A DNA stretch of 64,000 nucleotides from Octopus sinensis (GCF_006345805.1 NC_043023.1:3782001-3846000), one strand, 5' to 3'; shown: positions 46,140-57,261, counted from the stretch's first letter. Numbers and translations: made by a program. Notes: generated from the letters alone by a model not told the origin.

Positions 46140-46681
46140 CGGAGAGTTTATGAAAAAAACAAAAGACGAAGACAGGTGGGGTACAAAATAAACAGATGTA
46201 TTAGTATAATGCCTCAGGAATAGAAAAGCCTTTTACGTTTCGAGCCTATGCTCTTCTACAGAAAGGGACACAGAAAAAACAAGGATATATATATGTGTGT
46301 GTGTGTGTGTCTGTGTTTGTCACCCCAACATCGCTTGACAACCGATGCTGGTGTGTTTATGTCCCCGTAACTTAGGGGTTCGGCAAACGAGACCGATAGA
46401 ATAAGTACTAGGCTTACAAAGAATAAGTCCTGAGATTGATTTGGTCGACTAAAGGCGGTGCTCCAGCATGGCTGCAGTCAAATGACTGAAACAAGTAAAA
46501 GAGTATGTATGTATGTATATACATGTATCTGGTCCCTCTATTAGCCCCTTATCTCTCTCTTTCAGCCCATGAAGCCCTTCCGAACTGGGACAAGCAAATC
46601 CAGAGCCTTTGTGTCCAGGTGAACCTCATTATCGAGCGTATATCGGAGAAGGAGCCCAACTGGATGATGAAGTACATGTGA
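21813..46681 (+). CDS. COPS4: COP9 signalosome subunit 4 gene span (11 coding exons, spliced CDS 1206 nt, 401 aa)
   Basis: Spliced translation: [401 protein letters not shown]. It is collinear with metazoan CSN4 (PCI domain). All introns are GT-AG and phases match. Confidence 0.98.
21965..22680. repeat. Pyrimidine-rich minisatellite (TTGTCCCAAATTACCC-type subunits, ~190-bp higher-order unit) in COPS4 intron 1
   Basis: Recurrent CCCAAATT(A/G)CCC. The block at about 22010-22200 is repeated at about 22195-22400. Confidence 0.85.
23802..23881 (+). CDS. COPS4: COPS4 coding exon 2 (80 nt)
   Basis: Acceptor cctcttctcag|; encodes (R)[26 protein letters not shown]; donor C|GTAAGT. Confidence 0.93.
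24524..24675 (+). CDS. COPS4: COPS4 coding exon 3 (152 nt)
   Basis: Acceptor tcatttcag|; encodes (L)[18 protein letters not shown]...RVISFEEQ; donor |GTAAGT. Confidence 0.98.
25541..25629 (-). ncRNA. Minimal hammerhead ribozyme, weak stem II (COPS4 intron 3, antisense)
   Basis: Minus strand: CTTTCC-CTGATGA-GA...TC-GAAA-C-ATAT-G-TC-GGAAG. Core and stems I and III are intact; stem II is degenerate. Confidence 0.65.
28287..28390 (+). CDS. COPS4: COPS4 coding exon 4 (104 nt)
   Basis: Acceptor tctttctag|; encodes [13 protein letters not shown]...[10 protein letters not shown](K); donor |GTAAGT. Confidence 0.98.
29337..29490 (+). CDS. COPS4: COPS4 coding exon 5 (154 nt)
   Basis: Acceptor ctcaacag|; encodes [38 protein letters not shown]...YK; donor |GTAACG. 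Confidence 0.98.
31065..31430 (+). mobile_element. RTE-clade LINE C-terminal fragment (frameshifted)
   Basis: [28 protein letters not shown], then [24 protein letters not shown]. Confidence 0.85.
33986..34130 (+). CDS. COPS4: COPS4 coding exon 6 (145 nt)
   Basis: Acceptor ccaaacag|; encodes [24 protein letters not shown]...CTILASA(G); donor G|GTAAGT. Confidence 0.97.
34339..35640 (-). mobile_element. RTE-X-like LINE 3' end carrying seven tandem 140-bp units (34361-35340)
   Basis: LLYG.ETWTL...[20 protein letters not shown]...YG.LP.VS..V..RR.QFAGHC with a (TGA)n tail at about 34339-34352. Units start at 34361, 34501, 34641, 34781, 34921, 35061 and 35201. Confidence 0.9.
35673..36095 (-). mobile_element. 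Second RTE-X-like 3' end, head-to-tail with the first
   Basis: ORF 35677-36114 LLYGSETW...IVSTTVEQ followed by the (TGA)n tail. Confidence 0.9.
36566..36650 (+). CDS. COPS4: COPS4 coding exon 7 (85 nt)
   Basis: Acceptor ctgttacag|; encodes (G)[27 protein letters not shown](M); donor AT|GTGAGT. Confidence 0.98.
37171..38400 (+). mobile_element. Internally deleted piggyBac element (1230 bp) with transposase N-terminal remnant, COPS4 intron 7
   Basis: TTAA TSDs; TIR CCCTTTCGTTAC / GTAACGAAAGGG. Acidic N-terminus, then DYFFLLF...[11 protein letters not shown] and [18 protein letters not shown] (PGBD-like). About 160-bp internal tandem duplication. Confidence 0.85.
38990..39780. repeat. (TCTA)n/(TCTG)n compound microsatellite upstream of exon 8
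   Basis: Seen directly. Confidence 0.95.
39829..39914 (+). CDS. COPS4: COPS4 coding exon 8 (86 nt)
   Basis: Acceptor ttctcccttag|; encodes [28 protein letters not shown](G); donor G|GTGAGT. Confidence 0.98.
39940..40640. repeat. (TGG)n/(TAG)n low-complexity tract with an internal duplicated ~75-bp spacer
   Basis: Seen directly; it explains the poly-Gly/Val/Pro/His ORFs. Confidence 0.95.
41069..41184 (+). CDS. COPS4: COPS4 coding exon 9 (116 nt)
   Basis: Acceptor attgtcag|; encodes [38 protein letters not shown] (PCI winged helix); donor |GTAAAT. Confidence 0.98.
41382..41900 (+). mobile_element. L1/Tx1-clade ORF2 fragment
   Basis: Frameshifted [51 protein letters not shown]. Confidence 0.65.
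43920..44166 (+). mobile_element. tRNA-derived SINE (family D); copies at about 32640-32822, 38545-38760, 30160-30320(-), 31655-31830(-)
   Basis: Head GGAGGCGC.TGGCTTAGTGGTTAG..GGTTTCGATTCC; body GATGGACTGGCATCCCGTCC resembles the V-SINE central domain. Confidence 0.7.
44384..44468 (+). CDS. COPS4: COPS4 coding exon 10 (85 nt)
   Basis: Acceptor gtccttccag|; encodes [28 protein letters not shown]; donor A|GTAAGT. Confidence 0.98.
44906..45427. mobile_element. Tc2/pogo-type MITE (522 bp)
   Basis: TA TSD; TIR CCGTAAATCCTCGAGTATA / TATACTCGAGGATTTATGG. Confidence 0.85.
46229..46267 (-). ncRNA. Hammerhead-like variant with non-canonical core
   Basis: Minus strand: CCCTTT-CTGTAGAA-GAGC(ATAG)GCTC-GAAA-CGTA-AAAGG. 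A related copy lies at 32531-32567. Confidence 0.4.
46566..46681 (+). CDS. COPS4: COPS4 coding exon 11 (terminal, includes TGA)
   Basis: Acceptor tctctctctttcag|; encodes (T)[37 protein letters not shown], matching the CSN4 C-terminal helix [15 protein letters not shown]. Confidence 0.96.
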
Positions 46682-48005
46682 AGTGACCACCTGGGTAGAT
46701 TGGTAGAGGGGGGTGGGGTGGCTTGACAGGAGTGTGGTGATGATGGGGGTGGGGCAGAGTATTGTGTGTAGGAGGTAGACTGGTGGGGGTATGGTAAGGG
46801 GAAAGGTGAGTTGGTGGCGAGGGTACAAATGGCTGCGGAAGTGGGGTACATTGGGGGTGGATTGATGGTAGCTGTGTTGTGTGTATAACTGGATAGTAAT
46901 GAGGGTGGATTATTGAAAGCATGAAGGTACCTTGGGCTGGGTGGGGATGGGTGGATTGGTCTGGGGGTAGCTTGTGTAGTAGTGTTGTAGTACCATAGCC
47001 ACCACCATCACCAACACTACAAACACCACTGCGTCACTATCAAAACACCACTACTGGTTCTACAATCACCACTACCACAACAACAGCAGTGCTACCACCA
47101 ATACAACAACCACCACCAATAACAGTAGTGCTACCACCAATACAACCATAACCAACACTACAACCACCACCACCAATAACTAGTGCCTCCACTACTACTA
47201 CCACCACGTCACCACCAACACTACAATCAACGCATCATCAGGTGTGACTCTCCCCCCTCGCCATTCACCACCAGGTGTTACTAAATTGGTTTAAATTAAA
47301 ATATCGACCAATTTATGTGGGGGGGGACGATGGCGTTGGTGGGGGGCAAGAAGAGAAGGGGATTGAGGTGGGGGGGAGGGCAGATGGGGGAAGGGAAAAC
47401 GTGGCTGGGGGGAGGGAGGGGTGGTTCTTGGTATTGAATGGGGTGGGATAAGGGTCTAGAGGATTATTATTATTAAGGGTGGGTGAGCTGGCAGAATTGT
47501 TAGCACGCCGGGACAAATGCTTAGCGACGTTCTGAGTTCAAATTCCGCCGAGGTCGACTTTGCCTTTTATCCTTTCAGGGGTCAACAAAAGCAAAATAAG
47601 TACCAGTTGAGGACTGGGGTCGATGTAATCGACTAGCCCCCCCCCCCCAAAAAAAAATTTCAGGCCTTGTGCCTATAGTAGAAAGGTTTATTAATTATTA
47701 TTAATATTGACTTGACTTTTATTAAATTAATTAAAAATGAAACAAAGCTTTTTATGTATTTTTTGTTGTTGTTGTTTTATTTCTGTTGTCATTGATCTGT
47801 CTGTGTGTCTATACGAGAGACAGACCGACTGACTGAATGACAGACAGACAGACAGGCCATTGTTTGCTTCTGTGAACAAATTTTGATTTGTTTTCTGAAT
47901 AAATTATAAATAAACCTTGACACTTTTTGATTTACTCTCTCTTCTCTCTCTCTCTCTCTCCCCCTGCCTCCTCTCTCTTTTTCGCCCTCCTCCTCCCTCT
48001 CTCTT

Positions 48006-48046
<41 letters not shown>

Positions 48047-48342
48047 ATATTCTTTTCCTCTGTCCTTTCTCTGCATTCCTCTCTGTCTCTCTCTCTCTTT
48101 CTCTGTCTCTCTCTCTCCTATATTCTTTTCCTCTGTCTTCCTCTATCCTCTCTCTCTCATTTTCTCTCTCCTCCTCCTCCTACCCCACCCTCTGTTCCTC
48201 GTTAATACATTCTCATTATTCAATCCTCTTCATGTTCTGATTACTCTGTCAAATGTTTCTCTTATTTACTCACGTTTTGAATTAACCATAACTATCTCTT
48301 TCGTTTTGGGACTTTGGTTTGCAAGATTCTTTATGTGAGTTT

Positions 48343-48442
48343 NNNNNNNNNNNNNNNNNNNNNNNNNNNNNNNNNNNNNNNNNNNNNNNNNNNNNNNNNN
48401 NNNNNNNNNNNNNNNNNNNNNNNNNNNNNNNNNNNNNNNNNN
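48343..48442. other. Assembly gap (100 N)
   Basis: Run of N; sequence on either side may not be contiguous. Confidence 1.
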
Positions 48443-50844
48443 TTAAAAGTGTCTAGTTAACTAGAAATTGTGTTGACATCTGCCGTTCAAAAGGAAAAGA
48501 TCCATACATATGCATACACACATAAATACATACATACACATGCAAACACATACATACATACGTACATGCATGTATAGGCACACACACACTGACACACACA
48601 TATGCGCACAAATAAACAAAGGGGTACGCAGTGTAAATAACGGACACAGTCAAGACTATTGAAAAGGTTCCAAGATGCAACAAAATTTTTAGGAAAATAA
48701 AAATAAGAAATAAGGTAGTAAAAGAGAATGACTCTCCCCAGACAGAACAGTATAAACTATCTTTTAAATTTTAAAAATTTGACAATGAGATTGTTTATTT
48801 TTAGAAGGACATTGTAGTATAGGTGTGAGTTGCCAATGTGTACTTAAAACAATATTTGGGTGGTTTAACCCCTTCTCATTCAGGTTCCTCTGCCAAATAT
48901 AATCATTATTTATTCACATTCATCATCATCGTTTAACATCTTTCCAAGCTGGTATGGATCGGACGGTTTGACTGAGGACTAGGATTAATTACCTCCACCA
49001 AGGAAGGAGGTTATGTTTTCATCGGCGTTGGTATGTCCGCCTGTCCTGTGTGCAAAATAACTCAAAAAGTTGTGAACGGTATTTGATGAAACTGGCAGGA
49101 AAAGTTGGTAATGACACAAGGAACAGATGATGAATTTTGTAGTGATCCGGGAATTTTTATGGATTCTTGAAGGATTTTTCATTTGTTGTATTTACTTTAC
49201 ATGAAGTATTATAATGTTACGTTCTTTGATTATCTCCTTTGAAAACACGTTCATTGTTTGCACGTAACCTATGGCTATCCTTTCGGGGGTCAACAAAATA
49301 AGTACCAGTTGAGGACCGGGGTCGATGTAATCGACTAGCCCCTCCTAACGGCAACCATTCTGAGAATGTAGTGGGTGCTTTTTATATGCCACCGGCATGA
49401 GGGCCAGTCAGGCGGTTCTGGCAATGACCATGCTCAAAAGGTGTCTTTATGTGCTACCTGCATGGGAGCCAGTCCAGCAGCACTGGCAACGACCACACTC
49501 GAATGTTGTTTTTCCCGTGCCACCAGCACATGTGCCAGTGAGCCAATGCTGGCAACGATCATGCTTGAATAGTGCTTTTCAAGTGTCACTGGCACAGGTG
49601 CCAATGTTTTGAATTAATCATGCTTTATCTCATAGCCTCAAAATTTTGATGATGTGGTTGCTTATTTTTAGAATGGCATTGTAGGGTAGGTGTAAGAGGC
49701 CAGTTTACTCTTTTACTTGTTTCAGTCATTTGACTGCAGCCATGCTGGAGCACCGCCTTCAATCGAGCAACTCGACCCCGGGACTTATTCTTTTGTAAGC
49801 CCAGTACTTATTCTATCGGTCTCTTTTGCTGAACCGCTAAGTAACGGGGGACATAAACACACCAGCATTGGTTGTCAAGCAATGCTAGGAGGACAAACAC
49901 AAACACACACACACATACATATATAAGATGGGCTTCTTTCAGTTTCCGTCTACCAAATGCACTCACAAGGCTTTGGTCGGCCCGAAGCTATAGTAGAAGA
50001 CACTTGCCCAAGATGCCACGCAATGGGACTGAACCCAGAACTATGTGGTTGGTTAGAAAGCTACTTACCACACAGCCACTCCTGCGCCTTTGCTTTTTTT
50101 TAAAAATGATATTGTAGGATAGGTGTGAGAGGCCAGATATGATCAATTTTGGCTTAAAACATGTATATGACAGGCTTCTTTCAGTTTCCATCTTCCAAAT
50201 TCACTCAAGGCTTTGATTAACCTGAGACTATAGCAGAAAACACTTGCCCAAGGTGCCACGCAGTAGGACTGAACCCAGATCCATGTGGTTGGGAAACAAA
50301 CTTCTCAATCACCCTATCACACAACAGTCAACATCCCTGACTTGGTACATTTTTCTCAACCCCTGAGAGGCTGAAAGACACAGCTGCCTTCAGTGAGATT
50401 TGAACCCCAATTGTTCCTATTGTAAATATACACACTGAGAATGACTAATTCCTAGTTAGTCTTCCAGTGTGTATAAGACATGTGACTGACTGCTTGTAGA
50501 GTTCAGGGTATGTGTATGGGGAGCATGTATGTATAAGTATTTGAGTGTATGTTTGTGTGTGTACGGGGACATAAACATACCAACATCGGTTGTCAAGCAA
50601 TGGTGGAGGGACAAACACAGACACAAAGACACACATATATACCTACATGTATATGTATTTATACACACATATGTATATGACAGGCTTCTTTCAGTTTCCA
50701 TCTTCCAAATCCACTCACAAGGCTTTGATCAATCTAAGTCTATAGCGGAAGACACTTGCCCAAGGTGCCATGCAGTGGGACTGAACCCAGAACCATATGG
50801 TTGGGAAACAAACTTCTCAATCTCCCTACCACTCAACAGTCCAC

Positions 50845-51656
50845 AGATCTTTCCGGTTTGACCGGCAGTTTTTAACATAATTTCTAGGAAACTAAACACT
50901 TTTAAACTTCGTATACTGGTAGAATGTGTTTATAAAACATCTTTTTCTCTTGGCTTTATTGAGAAAATTCTACAGTTTGTAACATATTTTGTCTTTAATT
51001 TCGAGCATTTCTGTAATTTCAACCAATCACTGGCGTCTATTGAGGTGAAAACATTCCGTGCTGTATGAATATGTCCCTCGTTTAAGAAACAGATTGGGTT
51101 TATTTACATTTGTGAAGAAAAAAAAGATACCCTTTCCCCACCCCTAACCCTAACCCTAATCCTAAAATAGATTGAAATGCAATAGATCGATACTTGGGCC
51201 ATAATTATGGGTGACAATTTCATACGACACCACTACAGAAAATGGGATTTTTTTCTAGCGGTGTCAAATGAAGATGTCACCCATAATTATAACCCTAGTA
51301 TTGATCTATTGTATTTCAATCTATTTTAGGGTTAGGTTTAGTTAGAGTTAGGGTTAGGGGTGGGGGAAGGGTATCTTTTTTCCTTTGCAAATGTAAATAA
51401 ACCCAATCTGTTTCTTAAACAAGGGACATATTCATACAGCACGGTATGTTTTGACTCCAAATGGACGTATTTAATTGGTTAAAATTGCCGAAATGCTTGA
51501 TTTTAAAGTGGAAATATCTTACAAACCATAGAATTTTCTCAATAAAGCCAAGAAAAAATGATATTTTATAAACACATTCTACCAGTATACGAAGTTTAAA
51601 AGTGTTTAGTTAACTAGAAATTGTGTTAAAAACTGTCGGTCAAAAGGTAAAGATCC
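50845..51656. mobile_element. Palindromic head-to-head dimer of the GGATC MITE
   Basis: Two inverted ~380-bp copies, both outer ends being the right-end TIR, with a single 8-bp TSD CAGTCCAC (50837-50844 and 51657-51664). Confidence 0.85.
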
Positions 51657-51949
51657 CAGTCCACATCCCTGACTTGGTACATTTTTCTCGACCCCTGAGA
51701 GGCTGAAAGACACAGCTGCCGTCAGCGAGATTTGAACCCCAATTGTTTCTATTGTAAATATACACACTGAGAATGACTAATTCCTATTTAGTCTTCCAGG
51801 GTGTATAAAACATGTGACTGACTGTTTGTATAGTTCAGGGTATGTGTATGGGGAGCATGTATGTATAAGCATTTTGATGTGTATGTTTGTGTGTGTATGA
51901 GTCATTGTGTCTGCATCATCGCTTTCAGCAACAGTTGGAGCAGTAGCAG

Positions 51950-52660
51950 CAACTCCTCCACCATGACCACCACCACCTCCGCTATCAAAGCCTGCTTCAG
52001 CTGTGTTTCCATCTCTCACCAGCACTGGCATCATCACCATCATCATCAGCATCATCACTACTACCACCACCACCACAACTGCCGCCACCATCACCACCAG
52101 CCTCACTACCACCACCATCACAACCACAACTGCCACCACTACCGCAATCATCACCACCAACATCACCACCACTACCACTGCTTCCACCACCATCACTACC
52201 AACACCACCACCATCACAACCACTACTGTCTCACACTACCGCAATCATCTCCACCACCACCATCATCTCCTCTATCACCACCACCACCACCAACATCACT
52301 ACCCCCACCACCATCACCACCAGCCTCACTACCACCACCACCACCACTGTCTCCACCCTCAATTGTATTTGCAGCCTTCCAGACTTGTTGCATTCAATAG
52401 CTGCACTCATTGTGACTGACCAACTAATGAGTTCATGGTTGCTAAGTGGTGACGTCATGCACACACACACATACACACACACGCACACACTCACATACAC
52501 ACACACACACTCACACACACACTCACAAGCACTCACATACACACACACATATACAGTCACATGCATTCACACACACATACACACATCCTCTTTCTCTCAC
52601 ACGCTCTTTATCATGCACACATCAAACACACATGCACACATATACACACACCTCCCCCAC
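51950..52660. repeat. (CAC/CAT)n then (CA)n simple repeats
   Basis: Seen directly. Confidence 0.95.
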
Positions 52661-52671
52661 AAAAACCCTAG

Positions 52672-53480
52672 CATCATGTCATAAGGGGCAAAGACCCCCT
52701 TCAGTCATGAATGACCATGGGATTGCACCTAGAAAGTTCTCCTCTGAAGCACAAATCTGGGCAAGATTTGTTTAAGGAAGACCAACAGTCGCCCATGGAT
52801 ACCAGCCTCGCCTTTCTGTGCCACTATATATACATAGGGTAAAGGGTAGAGACCCCTTTGTTCATAAATGACCATGGGATTGCTCCTAGAAAGTTCCCCT
52901 CCGAGGCACAATCCAGGGCAAGGTTGTTTAAGGAAGACCAGCAGTCACCCATGCATACCAGCCTCCCTCTCCACACCATTATATGTACATAGGGTAAAGG
53001 GTAAAGACTCCCTTCAGTCATGTATGACCATGGGATTGCCCCTACAAAGTTTCCCTCCTAAGCACAAGTCCAGGCAAGATTATTTATGGAAGTCCACCAG
53101 TCACCCATGGATACCAGCCTCCTCTCTTCACGCCACTAATATACACACACTACTGGTCTTCCATAAACAACCTTGCCCAGATTTGTGCTTCAGAGGAGAA
53201 TTTTGTAGGTGCAATCCTATGGTCAATCACGACCAAAGAGGGTCTTTGCCCCTTATGACATGATGCTAGGGTTTTTGTGGGGGAGGTGTGTGTATATGAG
53301 TGTATCCAAGGGAAAGGCAAAGGGGCCGATACAGCTTGGCACCAGTGACGTCGCAACTCATTTTTGCCAGCTGAGTGAACTGGAGCAACGTGAAATAAAG
53401 TGTCATGCTCAAGAACACAACATGCAGCCCGGTCCAGGAATCGAACTCACTATCTCATGATTGAAAACCTGAGCCGGACA
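52672..53480 (-). mobile_element. SINE (head near 53450; relative at 14668-14975) with triplicated 3' part and an inverted duplication
   Basis: GACCATGGGATTGC.CCTAGAAAGTT unit repeated three times at about 145-150 bp spacing. 53157-53305 is the inverse of 52640-52790. Confidence 0.7.
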
Positions 53481-55149
53481 CTGTAACCACAGAGCCACAT
53501 GTCATCTTGCATTGGACAAAAACATTTTTGGTTATTCCAGAACAACATCAGTTGTGCCCATCTCCCCGGAGTCGAACCACTGACAAAAGAAAACTGGACT
53601 CGTGATCACTTCTTTTAAAGCCTTCCATTGGTCAAAGCTGACCCATGTCACCTTCCTTGGATGACCAAAGTCTTGTGAGTTGATTTGGTCGATGGAAACT
53701 GAAAGAAGCCCATCATATACATGCATATCGTCATCATCGTTTCAACGGGACAACCCGCTCACGGATTGGATATATATATATTCTTTCTTTTTATTCTTTT
53801 CTTTTTACTTGTTTCAGTCATTTGACGGCGGCCATGCTGGAGCACCGCCTTTAGTCGAGCAACTTGACCCCGGGACTTATTCTGTCGGTCTCTTTTGCCG
53901 AACCGCTAAGTGACGGGGACGTAAACACACCAGCATCGGTTGTCAAGCAATGCTAGGGGGACAAACAAAGACATACAAACACACACACACATATATATAT
54001 ATGTATATATACATATATACGACAGGCTTCTTTCAGTTTCCATCTACCAAATCCACTCACAAGGCTTTGGTCGGCCCGAGGCTATAGCAGAAGACACTTG
54101 CCCAAGATGCCACGCAGTGGGACTGAACCTGGAACCATGTGGTTGGTAAGCAAGCTACTTACCACACAGCCACTCCTGCACCTATATATATATATATATC
54201 TAGCTGATCCAATCACGAGCGGGCTATCCCGTTCGTTTGATCAACTGAAACCCTTGTCATGTGTCTGTGGTGTACTCAGCCACATGTCATCGTAACTGAC
54301 GGAGTGCCAGTTTAATTGAATAAACTAAAATACATCACAGTGTAATGATGGCCAACACTTCAAAGTCGCTATTAATACTATTCTTATACTGAACTATTGA
54401 TAAATTCGGCACCCTGAGTCGCATCGGGGGTTCGGTGTGCGGTGGCGGTGGCGTGCTCACGCGTCGTCCATCGCTGCCGCCGACACTTCCGCCAACCTGA
54501 GGCTAGTTACTGGGTAGCAATTTTCTTTACTAATTCAGGGAGTGACGACCCTGCCTGACATGAGTCCCAGGCTCAGCTAGCTCCAGCTGACAGTATCCGG
54601 TATGGGCCCCTATCCAGGGTTACGGAAAGGAGACAACCTTCAAAGAAATCCAGAGTGGAGCCTCGTAGGAAGTTTAGTGTTGGACTCAACACTCTTCCGG
54701 CAGCTCCTGCAACCAAGCTGGTACCAAACGTAATGCTCTGCACTCCTTTGGATTACATCAGCAAGGTCGAGAGAGGAATCCTGACGATTGGGCTACCCAG
54801 GATTTTCTTACATCTAGTCCAGGCCTGCGCAAAACTGGAGAGGAAACTGGAGAGGACACTTCTGTAAAACCAGCCAGGCAAAGTCTTTGCTACATCTGCA
54901 TCACCTGCCAGAGGGAGTGTTTGTCCAGGATAGGACTACACAGCCATAGCAAGAGATGTATATGACATGAAATGTAAAAACCAGACTGGATTATTTTATG
55001 CACAACTCCATTGTCTCCCGAGAAAAAAGGATGCCTACAACAACTATTAATAAATTTGTACTCTACCAAATGTATTGAGTAATCATTCAATTTTATGTAA
55101 AATTTATTTTTATCATATCATATATCATATATATATTTTTATCATATCA

Positions 55150-55542
55150 CTAGCAGTATCGCCCGGCATTTCTCGGGCTTGTTTCAACCCTTTAAAATTG
55201 GAATTTTTGAAAAGTAAAAATTTTGCATTATGTAGCTTGTTATTCTCTTTAAGTGAACATTTTTCTGGTTGAAATACACCAAAAAAGGATGACACAGCAG
55301 TAAAAAAATCGTAAAAAATAGGGATTTTCATAGAAAAAAAAGCACCTTTTTGATGTAAATAATTTTTGGTGCTAACATGGTCTGATTTGAATTTTTTCTT
55401 CTACAGAAGGAAGAGCAAGCCATTTTCTATCATACTCTCAATTTTGGTCAACTTGTGCCACAGGGTCTCAGAGGAGATAGTGTTAGTTGAAGGCTACCAA
55501 ACCTGCCACACACAGACAACTTCAGCTTTATATATAGAGAGA
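55150..55542 (-). mobile_element. Non-autonomous Helitron (third interior type; relatives at 43431-43785 and about 15715-16220)
   Basis: CTAGCAGTATCGCCCGGC start and CTTCAGCTTTATATATAGAGAGA end on the plus strand. Confidence 0.78.
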
Positions 55543-56663
55543 TATATATCATATCATATATTTTTATCATATCATATCATAAAACAAACTTTGATATGTA
55601 TATAAATGTGTGTGTGTGTGTGTGTAATAGGAAGGGTTTAGGCCACTGGTAATCTAAAAATATAGGTATGCTGCCTGAGGGCTCCAACTGATAAGCCACT
55701 AGGATCCAAGTCCAAAACAGGGGCTGGAGTCGGGGATCTGTAGCCTACTTCTGAATCAGCAAGTATAAATTAAAGGAGGAGAAAGACAAAACGAAAGTAG
55801 GACAAGCTTATCAGATCATCGGAAATAATTTTGATGATGCATCAAATTAAGCCAAACTGATTAAAAAATGAATGATAATTGCTTACTTCAGTGCATCATC
55901 ATCATGTTTAACGTCCGCTTTCCATGCTAGCATGGGTTGGACGATTTTGAGTGAGGTCTGGCAAACCAGATGGTTGCACCAGGCTCCAATCTTGATCTGG
56001 CAGAGTTTCTTATTTCTTTATTGCCCACAAGGGGCTAAACATAGAGGGGACAAACAAAGACAGACAAACGGATTAAGTTGATTACATCGACCCCAGTGTG
56101 TGACTTTTCAAGCCTAGCCAGGCTCATGGGCCCGGTTGCCTGGTTTCTGTGGCGTATGTGTTCCCCCCAGCTGAACAGGATGCCAGTCCATTGCAGCGTT
56201 ATTCAAGAAACAAGAAGAAAGAGTGACAGAAAGTTGTGGCGAAAGAGTACAACAGGGGTCGCCACCACCCCCTGCTGGAGCTTCGTGGAGCTTTTAGGTG
56301 TTTTCGCTCAATAAACACACATAGCGCCTGGTCTGGGAATCGAAACCGCGATCCTCCAACCACAAGTCCGCTGTCCTAACCACTGGGCCACTCTGCCTCC
56401 CACTGGTCTCATAGCAGATTGTAAATTAGGATATTTTACAGTCTGCTTGCATTTTGATGTTATACCATGTATATTTGTCAGAAGTGGCAATCTGAAGTGT
56501 GATCATTGGGCTCTCTTGAAATCCTAGGGATGGCAAAAGGCATATGGTGTGAACCTTTGACCCGTGCAGTGAAAAGCCTGACACAAGTTACACAACACAC
56601 ATGAGGGGCCCAGCTTTTATCCTGGTCACCCACTTTGCAGTCAAAATAATGCTCATACCACTT

Positions 56664-57110
56664 TGTAGTGACGCTACTGTGTAAGGTTCAGCGCACATGC
56701 GCAGAATTGGATTACCTTCCGGTTGGCCACTAGAAGTTTTCCTCATGTGCATGTGCTGGAACTGAAACCTGAAACGCTGACCGCTAAATCATCCTTTTCT
56801 GGCATAAGCAGTGCTAGGGGACGGACGTGTCTTGGCTTTCACTCTGAAAACCTCACCCCAACGAAGCGGAAGCGAACCCGACGAATTGTTTGACTCGCAA
56901 CAAGAAAGCATCGCAATCAGTCCTGAGGATTCGGCTGTCAGTTTCCCACTAGAGAACACGTGCACTAGTTCTTACCTGTAATCGAGAATAAACCACCACT
57001 TACTATGACCGTAGACCGCCTGACTTTGTCTCTGTTTATTCTACTGAAATTGTACGTGATGGGATCAGATCGGACACCCCTCCAGTGTTACAGAACCTAA
57101 TCCTGTTACA
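56664..57110 (+). mobile_element. Candidate solo LTR (447 bp)
   Basis: TGTA...TACA termini, 4-bp TSD ACTT (56660-56663 / 57111-57114), internal AATAAA near 56987, and CpG-rich promoter-like motifs. Confidence 0.5.
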
Positions 57111-57261
57111 ACTTTCTAATCAATGGCATGAATGTTAAGTCACAGCAAATATAGCAAAAGTTGTTTGTGATGTTTATACAGTTTCTTGGGATTATGAAGG
57201 TGAATGGAATGTGTGAACTTAGTACACAACTGCACACCTCAGTGTTGCCAAGCTGCAGTGA

